Below are positions 7,552 to 15,456 of a DNA stretch of 29,703 nt, in pieces (the first letter of the stretch is position 1; each line of letters starts with the position of its first letter). Under the pieces are notes generated by a model. The model saw only the letters and a program-made list of their open reading frames with translations. It was not told the DNA's origin and did no database searches. The translations under genes were made by a program, and so were the position numbers. Origin of the DNA: a virus. Lineage: Duplodnaviria > Caudoviricetes. The stretch lies in the IMG/VR virus record IMGVR_UViG_3300012953_000144, positions 1 through 29,703 of that record. One strand, written 5' to 3'.

Positions 7552-8432
7552 GCAGCCTCCTCTTTCTCTTTGACTAATGAGTCAAGATAGTCAACCGCTT
7601 TTTGTGCTTGAGAAAAGGCAGAGGAAAGAGCGTTATCACTTTCGCTGATAATCTCAATCCAATTATTAAGGTATTGTGCGTGGTCGGCACGAACAGTCTT
7701 CTCAACTCCTTGAAGTTGACATAAGAAAGCTGAACCAATCTCGGCGACAAGTTCTTCTTTAGCATATTCTTCTGAACCGAACATACTTCCTTTAAGTCTG
7801 TCGCAACGAGTTTTGTGGCCAGTCCAATGAGTTAGTTCGTGAAGTAAAGTAGAGTAGTAGTCAACGTCTGAAAAGAACGCTTTGATATGAGGCATACCGA
7901 TTGTATCGGTTGAAGGTCTGTAGTGCGGTTGATCATGTTCAGTGATTTTTGCACCTGTTTGATTAATGAAAGAATCAATACTCATAACCTCTTCAACAGT
8001 AAGTTCTTTAGTAGGATTCTTGACTACGTTAGTAGATTCATAACCTTCAATCTGGTCAGCGTTGAAGACGTTATAGACTTTCCAGAGAAAGTATTTAGGA
8101 AGGACGCCAGTAGCGTTGAAAGTTTCAAGTTCAGTTCCTTCTAACCACTCTTTTTTCTTAGGCTTTACTTCGCAAAACACTACGAAAGAAGATTTAGAAC
8201 CTTTTTTGATTTTGTAACCTTTACCGCTCCATTGCTTGAATGTTCCCCACTCATTAGATGAAAAGCCTTGCATAGCTAACCAAAAGTGGTTCATGCCACG
8301 ATATGCTTTTTTACTGAGGAAGTTAGTAGGAACGCCGTTCCCAATCCAAGACTTAGTCCAATTAGAGCCTTCAGTTTCCATTAACTGTATAACTCTTTCT
8401 CGTATCATTTGAAATGCTTCTGCTTTTTTCAT
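7548..8432 (-). CDS. ardC: ArdC-family antirestriction / ssDNA-binding protein
   Basis: N-terminal W.K.W, P.N..S.K.YRG.N, W.TFKQW...G..IKKG.K, VFNADQIEG. C-terminal zincin-like YYSTLLHELTHWTGH..R, YAKEELVAEIGSAFL, HAQYL.NW. Confidence 0.92.
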   Translation of the reverse strand: MKKAEAFQMIRERVIQLMETEGSNWTKSWIGNGVPTNFLSKKAYRGMNHFWLAMQGFSSNEWGTFKQWSGKGYKIKKGSKSSFVVFCEVKPKKKEWLEGTELETFNATGVLPKYFLWKVYNVFNADQIEGYESTNVVKNPTKELTVEEVMSIDSFINQTGAKITEHDQPHYRPSTDTIGMPHIKAFFSDVDYYSTLLHELTHWTGHKTRCDRLKGSMFGSEEYAKEELVAEIGSAFLCQLQGVEKTVRADHAQYLNNWIEIISESDNALSSAFSQAQKAVDYLDSLVKEKEEAA

Positions 8433-8453
8433 TTTATCTCCTTGCCTTTCGGC

Positions 8454-8512
8454 TCAATTTATACATTCATTATAATGGCTCTCTAGAGAATGACAACCCA
8501 TTTCGGAATAAA
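8454..8512 (-). promoter_or_regulatory. Early promoter/operator cassette, copy 1 (drives ardC operon)
   Basis: Minus strand TTATTCCGAAATGGG-TTGTCA-N16-TATAAT-N6-ATAAATTGA, repeated at 18650 and 18883. Confidence 0.8.
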
Positions 8513-8516
8513 TATA

Positions 8517-8852
8517 TCAAAAAGGTAGGTCATCAAAATCATCATAGTATTCGTAGGACATATACGTTTGCACACGCTTGAGTAGTTCCTCTTCTGTTCC
8601 GTATGCTTCAACGAATCTTTTTTTGTAAGGATGGCGAGAGATAGGCTCCTTGTCGCTACCTCTTCTGTGGTGATCAAAACATAGAGGGAGAACCTTGAAA
8701 TGCGAACCTTTCTTAGTCTTCCCGTCTATGTGGTGAATCTCAGCAGGCACTCTACCTAGGCCTTTCATACGGCAAACAACACAACCGACATCGGCAACCC
8801 GCGCCATGTGTTCTTTCTCCGCTACAGTAGGAGTTCTCCCTTTAAGTGCCAT
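8517..8852 (-). CDS. Ref/DUF968-like HNH-type nuclease
   Basis: GCVVC, AEIHHI.G, VLPLC..HHR Zn/HNH-like motif set. Likely start is ATG 8852. Confidence 0.75.
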   Translation of the reverse strand: MALKGRTPTVAEKEHMARVADVGCVVCRMKGLGRVPAEIHHIDGKTKKGSHFKVLPLCFDHHRRGSDKEPISRHPYKKRFVEAYGTEEELLKRVQTYMSYEYYDDFDDLPF

Positions 8853-9180
8853 ACCTCTTTTTCTCCTCACGATAGTTTACCATCTTGGTGCGCCATTCCT
8901 CAAAACCTACCTCTAAGGATTTCAGTTGCACCTTGAGTCCCATCAAGATTCCTTTGCATTTACCTATCTCTATACGAGCAGAATAAACGTCTTGAGAGTT
9001 CTCGGCGTAAACTTCTTGAGCAGCGACAGTACGGCAACCCTCAGCAGTAGCTTTCAACTTTAGTTGTGCTAATAGTCTTTTGAGGTTTGCCTCCGCAACG
9101 AATACGTCATTCTCAGCTTGTTGTAGTTGAGGTGCTAAGTTCCGTATACGGTGCATCCACTGTTCTTTTACCTCGTCCAT
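8842..9180 (-). CDS. Helical protein in recombination module (possible UvsY-like mediator)
   Basis: Coiled-coil pattern with C-terminal FEEWRT. Located between the SSB-like and nuclease genes. Confidence 0.4.
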   Translation of the reverse strand: MDEVKEQWMHRIRNLAPQLQQAENDVFVAEANLKRLLAQLKLKATAEGCRTVAAQEVYAENSQDVYSARIEIGKCKGILMGLKVQLKSLEVGFEEWRTKMVNYREEKKRYGT

Positions 9181-9554
9181 TAAAATTTAGAGGTAGTAGT
9201 TCGTGGTTGCGCATCAGATTGCTCGTCAACAGGAGTAAGTTTTACGCCTGTGTATTCTTTACCGCTATCTGTTACGTTCGCCCAACCACCAAACTTCATA
9301 ACCTCGTCTTCCCAAGTAATCTTGCCGTATATATCAGGCGACTTAGGAGAACGCTTTTCTTCTGGAGAGTTGTAATGAAGCAGGCCAACAGAAACGGCTA
9401 GTTCATATTTCTCTTCGCCTTCCCTGTTCTCAAACTTCAATATAGAGCAGTATTTTGTTTCATCGCCAAATTTGATAGTTCCCTTACGAACTACCTTCAC
9501 ATTTGACTCATGCCACAAGCTACCGCTATTAGGTTTGCTTTGATAATCACTCAT
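9180..9554 (-). CDS. Putative single-stranded DNA-binding protein
   Basis: NSGSL, KSPD..G.I and GW....SGKEY..V motifs, C-terminal Phe, recombination context. Confidence 0.55.
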   Translation of the reverse strand: MSDYQSKPNSGSLWHESNVKVVRKGTIKFGDETKYCSILKFENREGEEKYELAVSVGLLHYNSPEEKRSPKSPDIYGKITWEDEVMKFGGWANVTDSGKEYTGVKLTPVDEQSDAQPRTTTSKF

Positions 9555-9819
9555 AGTTAAGTCCTATTAATTTGTACTCATAACCCTTTCTGTTATGAAT
9601 ACGTCGTTTTTCTACAACCTCAGGCATATTAGGATCAATCCCATATTTAGCGCGGAAAGGAGGTTTCCTTAAATCACGTATCGCAGCGGACAAAGAGGGT
9701 TCCCCGTAAAAGCGATCAGTCTTTTCTTTGATCACGTTTTGCAGTTCCCAAAATGTCCACCACTTGCCATCCCTCATACAGAGGAAGACAAAATCATTGA
9801 TACTATTCGGACGGCTCAT
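9547..9819 (-). CDS. Winged-helix DNA-binding protein
   Basis: W.T..EL, E.S.SA..RDLRK, VEKR...G.EY.L. Confidence 0.6.
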   Translation of the reverse strand: MSRPNSINDFVFLCMRDGKWWTFWELQNVIKEKTDRFYGEPSLSAAIRDLRKPPFRAKYGIDPNMPEVVEKRRIHNRKGYEYKLIGLNYE

Positions 9820-10459
9820 CGTCTTGATACAAAGCTATGAGTTTAGCGTAGGCATCAACATCCTTTTTAGCTGACGCTCCCTCTTGTGCTTTTAGTATCT
9901 GCTCTTTGTTGATTGTGAATATATCAACTGAGCCATCAGCGTCAGGATCGCCTAAGTAGTTGCGCAGGTGCTTCAAAAATGTTGCGCTATCAGGAGCGAA
10001 CTCCAAGACGTTACCACTAGCGTTGCGGATGCTGAATCCGTTCTTCAAGTCAGGTGCTTGAGGTTTTGCATTGATGGCGTTATCAACCTCAAAGCTAGAG
10101 GCATACTCACCACCACCAAGACCACAGCAAGCTAAAGCACGGCCTATCGCAGACGTAGTGCAGTTTTCTAGGGCAGAGGTTTTATTAACCATACCCATAG
10201 ACCTGAACTCTTCTGCGCAGTCATTACCTAACTCAATCCATTCGCCATCTTGTTTGACGAGGATGCTTGCCTCAACAACTACTCTTTCAAGGTCGTTGAG
10301 TATTACGTTGGTTTTCACTCTACTGTAAGAACCAAAATGTTTACGGAAAATCTGTAACCGCTTATCAACAGTCGTGTAGAACTTTCCTTTGATATTAACC
10401 TTATCCTCGTTAGTGAGGTTGGCTATCTCGTTTATGCAAAGATTCAATATATCTTTCAT
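9803..10459 (-). CDS. Single-strand annealing recombinase (Sak/Rad52-like)
   Basis: IKGK.Y..V..R...FR, NKTSALENC.TSAIGRALA..G.G..EYAS..EV. Directly downstream of an exonuclease. Confidence 0.7.
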   Translation of the reverse strand: MKDILNLCINEIANLTNEDKVNIKGKFYTTVDKRLQIFRKHFGSYSRVKTNVILNDLERVVVEASILVKQDGEWIELGNDCAEEFRSMGMVNKTSALENCTTSAIGRALACCGLGGGEYASSFEVDNAINAKPQAPDLKNGFSIRNASGNVLEFAPDSATFLKHLRNYLGDPDADGSVDIFTINKEQILKAQEGASAKKDVDAYAKLIALYQDDEPSE

Positions 10460-10460
10460 T

Positions 10461-11258
10461 TTACATACTCCATATGGTCTTCGCGAAACGCTTCTCGTCC
10501 TCTCCCCACATCCAAGATGAAGTGTCAGGATAAAAGCATTTAGCTATGACCGATTTGTCATTAGAAATAGATAGAAGATTCATGATCGCCAGAGCGATAT
10601 CCTCTACCACCTTGATGTGACCATCTATATTGAGAACAGGCATTGAAACAACTTCTTGCTTTTTGGCAGAAGCGACAACGTAGTCCAACATAGCATGATT
10701 ACTATCTGTTGCTTTAGCATAAACAGAAACCTGTCTAGCATGAGCATCAGATACACTGCTAGGGAGTCTCATAGTAGTCTTGATATCCCTAATAATGTCT
10801 CCGTATTGAAGGTCTATATATCCTGTTATCGGCACAGGTATAGAATCAATATTCAATTCAATTTGTTTTTGATACTCATCGGGTTCGCCTAAACGACTAT
10901 AGAAGTCTATGGCAGTCTCTGTGAAAGAGCCGATAAGTTTTTGTTCGCGACCAAACTTCACATCATCAATTATTTGGTCAGGGTATTCTTTGTGGCAGAA
11001 GTGAAGCAGTCGTTGATACTCTATTTCAGCTTCTTTGATGGCCTCTGGTTTTGTCAAAGGCTTTTCTTTGGTTCCCCTTCCGTAAAAATGACCAACTGCA
11101 TGGTCAACGCAAGTGCCTCGCCACATAGCGGGACCTCCGCCATTACGAAAGCCGTATAGGTATCTCATAATCCAGATACAAGGATCATTGATATAAGCGT
11201 TAATAGAACTAGGGGAAAGATGGTCAATGCCGTGATCGGCGAATGGATCATTACTCAT
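10461..11258 (-). CDS. PD-(D/E)xK exonuclease
   Basis: HLSPSSIN.Y, RGT.V, GYID, DIKT, H.RQV..Y. GAGGAG RBS. Confidence 0.85.
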   Translation of the reverse strand: MSNDPFADHGIDHLSPSSINAYINDPCIWIMRYLYGFRNGGGPAMWRGTCVDHAVGHFYGRGTKEKPLTKPEAIKEAEIEYQRLLHFCHKEYPDQIIDDVKFGREQKLIGSFTETAIDFYSRLGEPDEYQKQIELNIDSIPVPITGYIDLQYGDIIRDIKTTMRLPSSVSDAHARQVSVYAKATDSNHAMLDYVVASAKKQEVVSMPVLNIDGHIKVVEDIALAIMNLLSISNDKSVIAKCFYPDTSSWMWGEDEKRFAKTIWSM

Positions 11259-11283
11259 TATATACTCCTCATTGTATTGTCAT

Positions 11284-11334
11284 TTGACTAAATAGTACGT
11301 TTCAGTATAATTCCATAAAGGAATAAAAACAAGT
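11284..11334. promoter_or_regulatory. Overlapping divergent promoters with palindromic operator
   Basis: + strand TTGACT-N16-TATAAT (11284-11311). - strand TTGTTT-N17-TATACT sharing the same AGTATAAT core. Palindrome TTCC-ATAAA-GGAA at 11311-11323. Confidence 0.7.
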
Positions 11335-11339
11335 GAAAG

Positions 11340-11552
11340 ATGACACTACAAGATTACTTGAAAAGTAGGAACCTAACGCAGATGGCTTTTATTCAACAAG
11401 TCAACACAGCGACAGGCGAACACATTCCGCAGGGTACTTTAGCTAAGTATGTTTTGGGCGAGCGTATACCTAAGAAACGACAAATGCTTCTGATACATGA
11501 AGCGACAGAGGGTGAGGTATCGCCTAATGATTTCTACTTGGAGGAAAAATGA
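11340..11552 (+). CDS. Cro-like HTH transcriptional regulator
   Basis: M.L.DYL....LTQ..F, TL.KY..GERIP, I...T.G.V.PNDFY. Confidence 0.85.
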   Translation: MTLQDYLKSRNLTQMAFIQQVNTATGEHIPQGTLAKYVLGERIPKKRQMLLIHEATEGEVSPNDFYLEEK

Positions 11553-12193
11553 GCTACGAAGTAACTATGATGAAAACCGAAGACCTTATACCTTATGAGG
11601 ACAATCCTAGAGTAAACGACAAAGCTGTGCAAAAGGTCGTGCAGAGCATAGAGGCTGTTGGGTGGAAGGTGCCTATTATAGTTGATGAAAACCTAATAAT
11701 ACTAGCAGGTCACACAAGGCTCAAAGCAGCGCAGGTTTTAGGCCATGAAGAAGTTCCCGTTCATATTGGCGAAGGCCTAACGAACGAACAAAGAACAGCG
11801 TTCAGAATAATGGATAACAAGAGCGCGGATTTTTCAGAGTGGGACAGAGATTTATTAGCGTCAGAGTTCGCTAAATTGACTGATGCAGATTTTGATCTAA
11901 AGTTAACAGGGTTTGATCTTGATGAAATAGCCAAGCTAACGCAAGGCGCACTCATGGAGTTTGATGATCCTGAGGTTGACGAGATACTAGATGGTATAGA
12001 TACCGCAGATGCGATTGACTTGTTAGAAACGAACATAAAACAGTTTTCGCTTTTGTTTGATAAAGACAAGCACGCAGAGTTTTCTGTTTGGGTAGACTAT
12101 CTAATGTCCGCATACGAAATGACGAATCCCTCGGAAGCTGTTTTCCAAGCTGTGAGGAGCGAGTATGAAAAGTATTCCAACATACAAACTTAA
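11549..12193 (+). CDS. ParB/Srx N-terminal domain protein
   Basis: L.PY..NPR.N, SI...GW..PIIVDE, AGHTRLKAA, FRIMDNK, LTGF. Confidence 0.88.
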   Translation: MSYEVTMMKTEDLIPYEDNPRVNDKAVQKVVQSIEAVGWKVPIIVDENLIILAGHTRLKAAQVLGHEEVPVHIGEGLTNEQRTAFRIMDNKSADFSEWDRDLLASEFAKLTDADFDLKLTGFDLDEIAKLTQGALMEFDDPEVDEILDGIDTADAIDLLETNIKQFSLLFDKDKHAEFSVWVDYLMSAYEMTNPSEAVFQAVRSEYEKYSNIQT

Positions 12194-13082
12194 ACCTAAA
12201 TGTTCTTTTGAAGAATCCAGAGAGTATTTTGGTAAATTTGCTACTGATAAAGATTATTCAATTTTAATCAACGATGACTGCGATGCCTATAAAGAGAATG
12301 GTGAACCATTGTTCTTCTTTCGTAAGCGCAAGATACCTAGTGAAATATGTCGTGAGGCTTATCATGGCTTCAAAGCAGCAGCGGTTAAAACGGAGAACAG
12401 AGGCGCAGCAGCAGGCAGCTTAACTGACACTGAAAAGAGTCATGTTGCAACAAGCAACCTAAGGTACAAGCGGATCAAAAAAGACGGAACGATGTCCAAA
12501 ACGACCAGAGCAGTTCAGGTCAGTTCAGGTATCGCAGGTTTCTTTGATAGAAATACTAGGCATCCGTACTGCAGGCAGACAAGATATACAGAGTTAGAAC
12601 GGGAGAAGTATCTGCGCGGTGTTCCTTTCCTACAATATATCAGCGCACTTTTTGAGGACGCGTGCCCTGAAAGGTATGAAGCACAAAAAGAAATGATAGA
12701 AAAGACTCATAAGGATTTTGTTATTGGAGGAACAGTTTTCACCACAGTTACTGTCAACAAAAACTTTAGGACTGCATATCATACTGACGCGGGAGATTTG
12801 AAGGAAGGGTTAGGCAACTTGGCTGTTTTAAGGGCAGGTAAATATGAAGGCGGGTATACCGTTATGCCACGCTATGACTGTGCTTTTGATTTGGGCAGTG
12901 GTGATGTTTGTTTTTTTGATGTTCATGAGTTTCACGGGAATACAGAGATAGTTGCGAAGAGCCCTTACGAGAGAATATCAATAGTTGCGTACTACAGAGA
13001 GAATATGAAGTTTTGTGATTCAATGGAAGAAGAACTGAAACGCGCACAACATCGGGTTATTGGAGATAAGCTAAACGCATGA
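12165..13082 (+). CDS. TET/JBP-family 2OG-Fe(II) dioxygenase (5-methylpyrimidine oxygenase)
   Basis: NRG.AAG, SGIAGFFDR, CRQT, FTTVTVNKNFRTAYHTDAGD (HxD), HEFHGNT (distal H), ERISIVAYYRE (2OG-binding R). Confidence 0.88.
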   Translation: MKSIPTYKLKPKCSFEESREYFGKFATDKDYSILINDDCDAYKENGEPLFFFRKRKIPSEICREAYHGFKAAAVKTENRGAAAGSLTDTEKSHVATSNLRYKRIKKDGTMSKTTRAVQVSSGIAGFFDRNTRHPYCRQTRYTELEREKYLRGVPFLQYISALFEDACPERYEAQKEMIEKTHKDFVIGGTVFTTVTVNKNFRTAYHTDAGDLKEGLGNLAVLRAGKYEGGYTVMPRYDCAFDLGSGDVCFFDVHEFHGNTEIVAKSPYERISIVAYYRENMKFCDSMEEELKRAQHRVIGDKLNA

Positions 13083-13612
13083 AAGCAGTAGCGATTGGAG
13101 GAGTTCCCGCGACAGGAAAATCAACCCTCATGAAGCACATACTGAAAAAAGCGAAGGTTGAAAAGAAGTTCGCGTACGGTTTATTAAGAGGCTATACAGT
13201 TGGTGATACTGCGTTCTTAGGCCTATATCCCGCAGGCGATAAGTTTGGCGGTACTGATAAGCTTTCCATGGCGGTACAAAAGGATTACGACAAATTCGTT
13301 GATGAACTTAAATACAACATCGTTTTTGAAGGCGATAGACTATTTACCGCACACAATCTTTTAGCCTTGCAAATCACCCATACGGCGCGGATTATCATTC
13401 TAAATAATAACGCTATGACGTTAGCGCATAGACACATTGACAGAGAGGACACTCAGAGCGAGAAGTTTCTGAAAGGTCGCACCACGAAAATCAAAAATAT
13501 AAAGGAAAACGAATATATAACGCATGAGCCTTATGAGTTGACTAACTTGCAAGAAACAGAAGATTTAGCTGATGATATTTTAGGCTTTCTTGACTTGGGT
13601 GGTTCTGACTAA
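13079..13612 (+). CDS. P-loop kinase, 5-hydroxymethylpyrimidine DNA kinase-like
   Basis: GGVPATGKST Walker A, F.GTDKLSMAVQ, FEGDRL, Q...FL.GR.TK. Coupled to TET. Confidence 0.75.
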   Translation: MKAVAIGGVPATGKSTLMKHILKKAKVEKKFAYGLLRGYTVGDTAFLGLYPAGDKFGGTDKLSMAVQKDYDKFVDELKYNIVFEGDRLFTAHNLLALQITHTARIIILNNNAMTLAHRHIDREDTQSEKFLKGRTTKIKNIKENEYITHEPYELTNLQETEDLADDILGFLDLGGSD

Positions 13613-14713
13613 ATCGTTATATTCATTCTTAAAACAATCAAACATAGTGTCCATCATCACAGGCTGACCTGTTAAGCGGTAGTGGTTCTGCTTAATTTTT
13701 GTTACGCCAACATCACTTGGATTCTTTTCTAATAATAGTTCGTCAGGCAAACACTCGTCCCGCATCTGCCAAAAAATATCAAACTCATTTCCCCATTGAC
13801 TTTCAGCATATTTAATCCTGTCGTGAAACATATCCGCGTAGACGTTGGGATATCTTCTGTCAGGCCTGTGCCATGATTTGTAATTACATAAGGTGCTTTC
13901 AAGGGTAAAGTAACTTACGTCCTCGTGGTCAATACGTTCTCTAGCTTCTTCTAGAAGTTTTTCTCCTTCTTCTGTAAGCCATGAAATAGTTTGTTCGTCA
14001 TAGGTGACCTCATCTTTCCACCAATCAAGGTCATCACGTCCTAAGACTTTGCATATCCCGTTTCTATGAGAGCGCGAACCTTTTATATCATCAAGGTAAA
14101 GTTCATCACAATCTACGTTCAGGCCAACTATGCGCAGATACTCAATGTAACTGAACGCAGACAACCGACCAAAAGTTACAAAACATTCGCGAACGTATTT
14201 CCAAACTTGGCGATAGTTCTCATATTTGTCATTGGAACGACATAAGTCTTTGAACATATTAGTTTGACTTCCATAAACACGCACAAGCGTTTGATACCTT
14301 TCAACGCAAGCAGGGAATCCTGTTTTGCCTAATTTGAAGTACCGCCTATCTAAATCCCAACCACCGCCAACTTTGAACTTTTGGTGAACGCTGTTCCACC
14401 AAGTATTAAGTTCGTGAAGGTCTATCTCCATTACGTCAGGGTATCTATTGAATATCAGATTGGTCGTTACGATGTTTTGTGAGCAGCCATTGATGAAAGC
14501 CATCCATAACATTTGCTCGTGATTGAGTTGATGATATTTTTCTAGCCATGGGAAAGCGAAGTAGACGCAACCAGGATGTGTCTTGTGTATCAGATGAAAC
14601 TCATAGAAGCGCATAAACACTTCACGGCGGTATTTAGGCTCACGAAAGTCCATTCCAAACGCTAAGTCTTTTACTGGCGTTTCATTATTGAGTTCGCAGT
14701 ATGAACCGATCAT
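13580..14713 (-). CDS. Amino acid:DNA transferase (aGPT-Pplase2-like, HhH glycosylase fold)
   Basis: DRRY, FGRLSAFSYIEYL, GSRSHRNG, LESTLCNYKS motifs typical of thymidine-hypermodification transferases. Adjacent to the kinase. Confidence 0.78.
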   Translation of the reverse strand: MIGSYCELNNETPVKDLAFGMDFREPKYRREVFMRFYEFHLIHKTHPGCVYFAFPWLEKYHQLNHEQMLWMAFINGCSQNIVTTNLIFNRYPDVMEIDLHELNTWWNSVHQKFKVGGGWDLDRRYFKLGKTGFPACVERYQTLVRVYGSQTNMFKDLCRSNDKYENYRQVWKYVRECFVTFGRLSAFSYIEYLRIVGLNVDCDELYLDDIKGSRSHRNGICKVLGRDDLDWWKDEVTYDEQTISWLTEEGEKLLEEARERIDHEDVSYFTLESTLCNYKSWHRPDRRYPNVYADMFHDRIKYAESQWGNEFDIFWQMRDECLPDELLLEKNPSDVGVTKIKQNHYRLTGQPVMMDTMFDCFKNEYNDLVRTTQVKKA

Positions 14714-15456
14714 GATAACAATATGAACCCGTCGGAGTTCCCTTTTACATGAAAGTGCTTTTCTTCAAGGCCGTGTTTGCCTTTCATAGCTAGGCAGTAT
14801 CCTGTAGCTTTAGCTTTTTCTGATTTGTATCTATAACCTACCTTTATTATTGAATATCCGTGGCGTTTATAAAGCCATTCTGAGAAGGCTTGAAAGTAAT
14901 CGGTATGATCATGTAGGTCTTGGCCTAATAACGCCTCATATCGCGTTCTATTGATGCTCAGAGGGTATGATACTGAGGTGTCTGTCCAGTAAACATACAA
15001 AGGCTCTTGACTGAACACGCTATCATACTGTTTTGACCACGCTTTGCTCATCGTTATAGCTGAACTACTAGGACAATCACATATTCTTAAGTCATGATGA
15101 TCTATATCCAACATTGCTTGTTTTGCATCTTCGTGAACGGCAATCCAACGATCATCTCCGCTGAGTTGCTCAACACACTCTTCATCTAACTCACCTACTT
15201 TGTGGTCAGTAATGTTTAGAGTGTTTTGAAGAATCACGGACATTAATCCAACGCCACCAAAATACTCTCTTACTGATACAGGTTCAGAAACTAGGCCGTC
15301 AAAAAGCCAATGTGTCGCCCAACATTTCGCGCCTAGTATATGTTGGTGTTCAGCAAGATAATGAATATAGGAACGCTTATGAACATCTACGCTTGATTCT
15401 GCGTTCATTTCAACGCGGATGGGTAGGTCATACTTTAGGCATATTCTCGCTTTCAT
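14710..15456 (-). CDS. Divergent SAM-dependent methyltransferase-like protein
   Basis: VREYFGGVG (motif I-like), ELD (motif II), EDA (motif III), DLRICDCP (motif IV-like). Likely start ATG 15456 in a TAATG overlap. Confidence 0.5.
   Translation of the reverse strand: MKARICLKYDLPIRVEMNAESSVDVHKRSYIHYLAEHQHILGAKCWATHWLFDGLVSEPVSVREYFGGVGLMSVILQNTLNITDHKVGELDEECVEQLSGDDRWIAVHEDAKQAMLDIDHHDLRICDCPSSSAITMSKAWSKQYDSVFSQEPLYVYWTDTSVSYPLSINRTRYEALLGQDLHDHTDYFQAFSEWLYKRHGYSIIKVGYRYKSEKAKATGYCLAMKGKHGLEEKHFHVKGNSDGFILLS

Noticed and set aside
10461-11258. Cas4 / CRISPR adaptation gene
   Set aside because: It lacks the C-terminal three-Cys Fe-S motif, there are no cas genes or array, and it sits beside an annealase as a recombination exonuclease.
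11549-12193. Plasmid-prophage partition system
   Set aside because: No ParA or parS array is seen, and the gene is coupled to TET.
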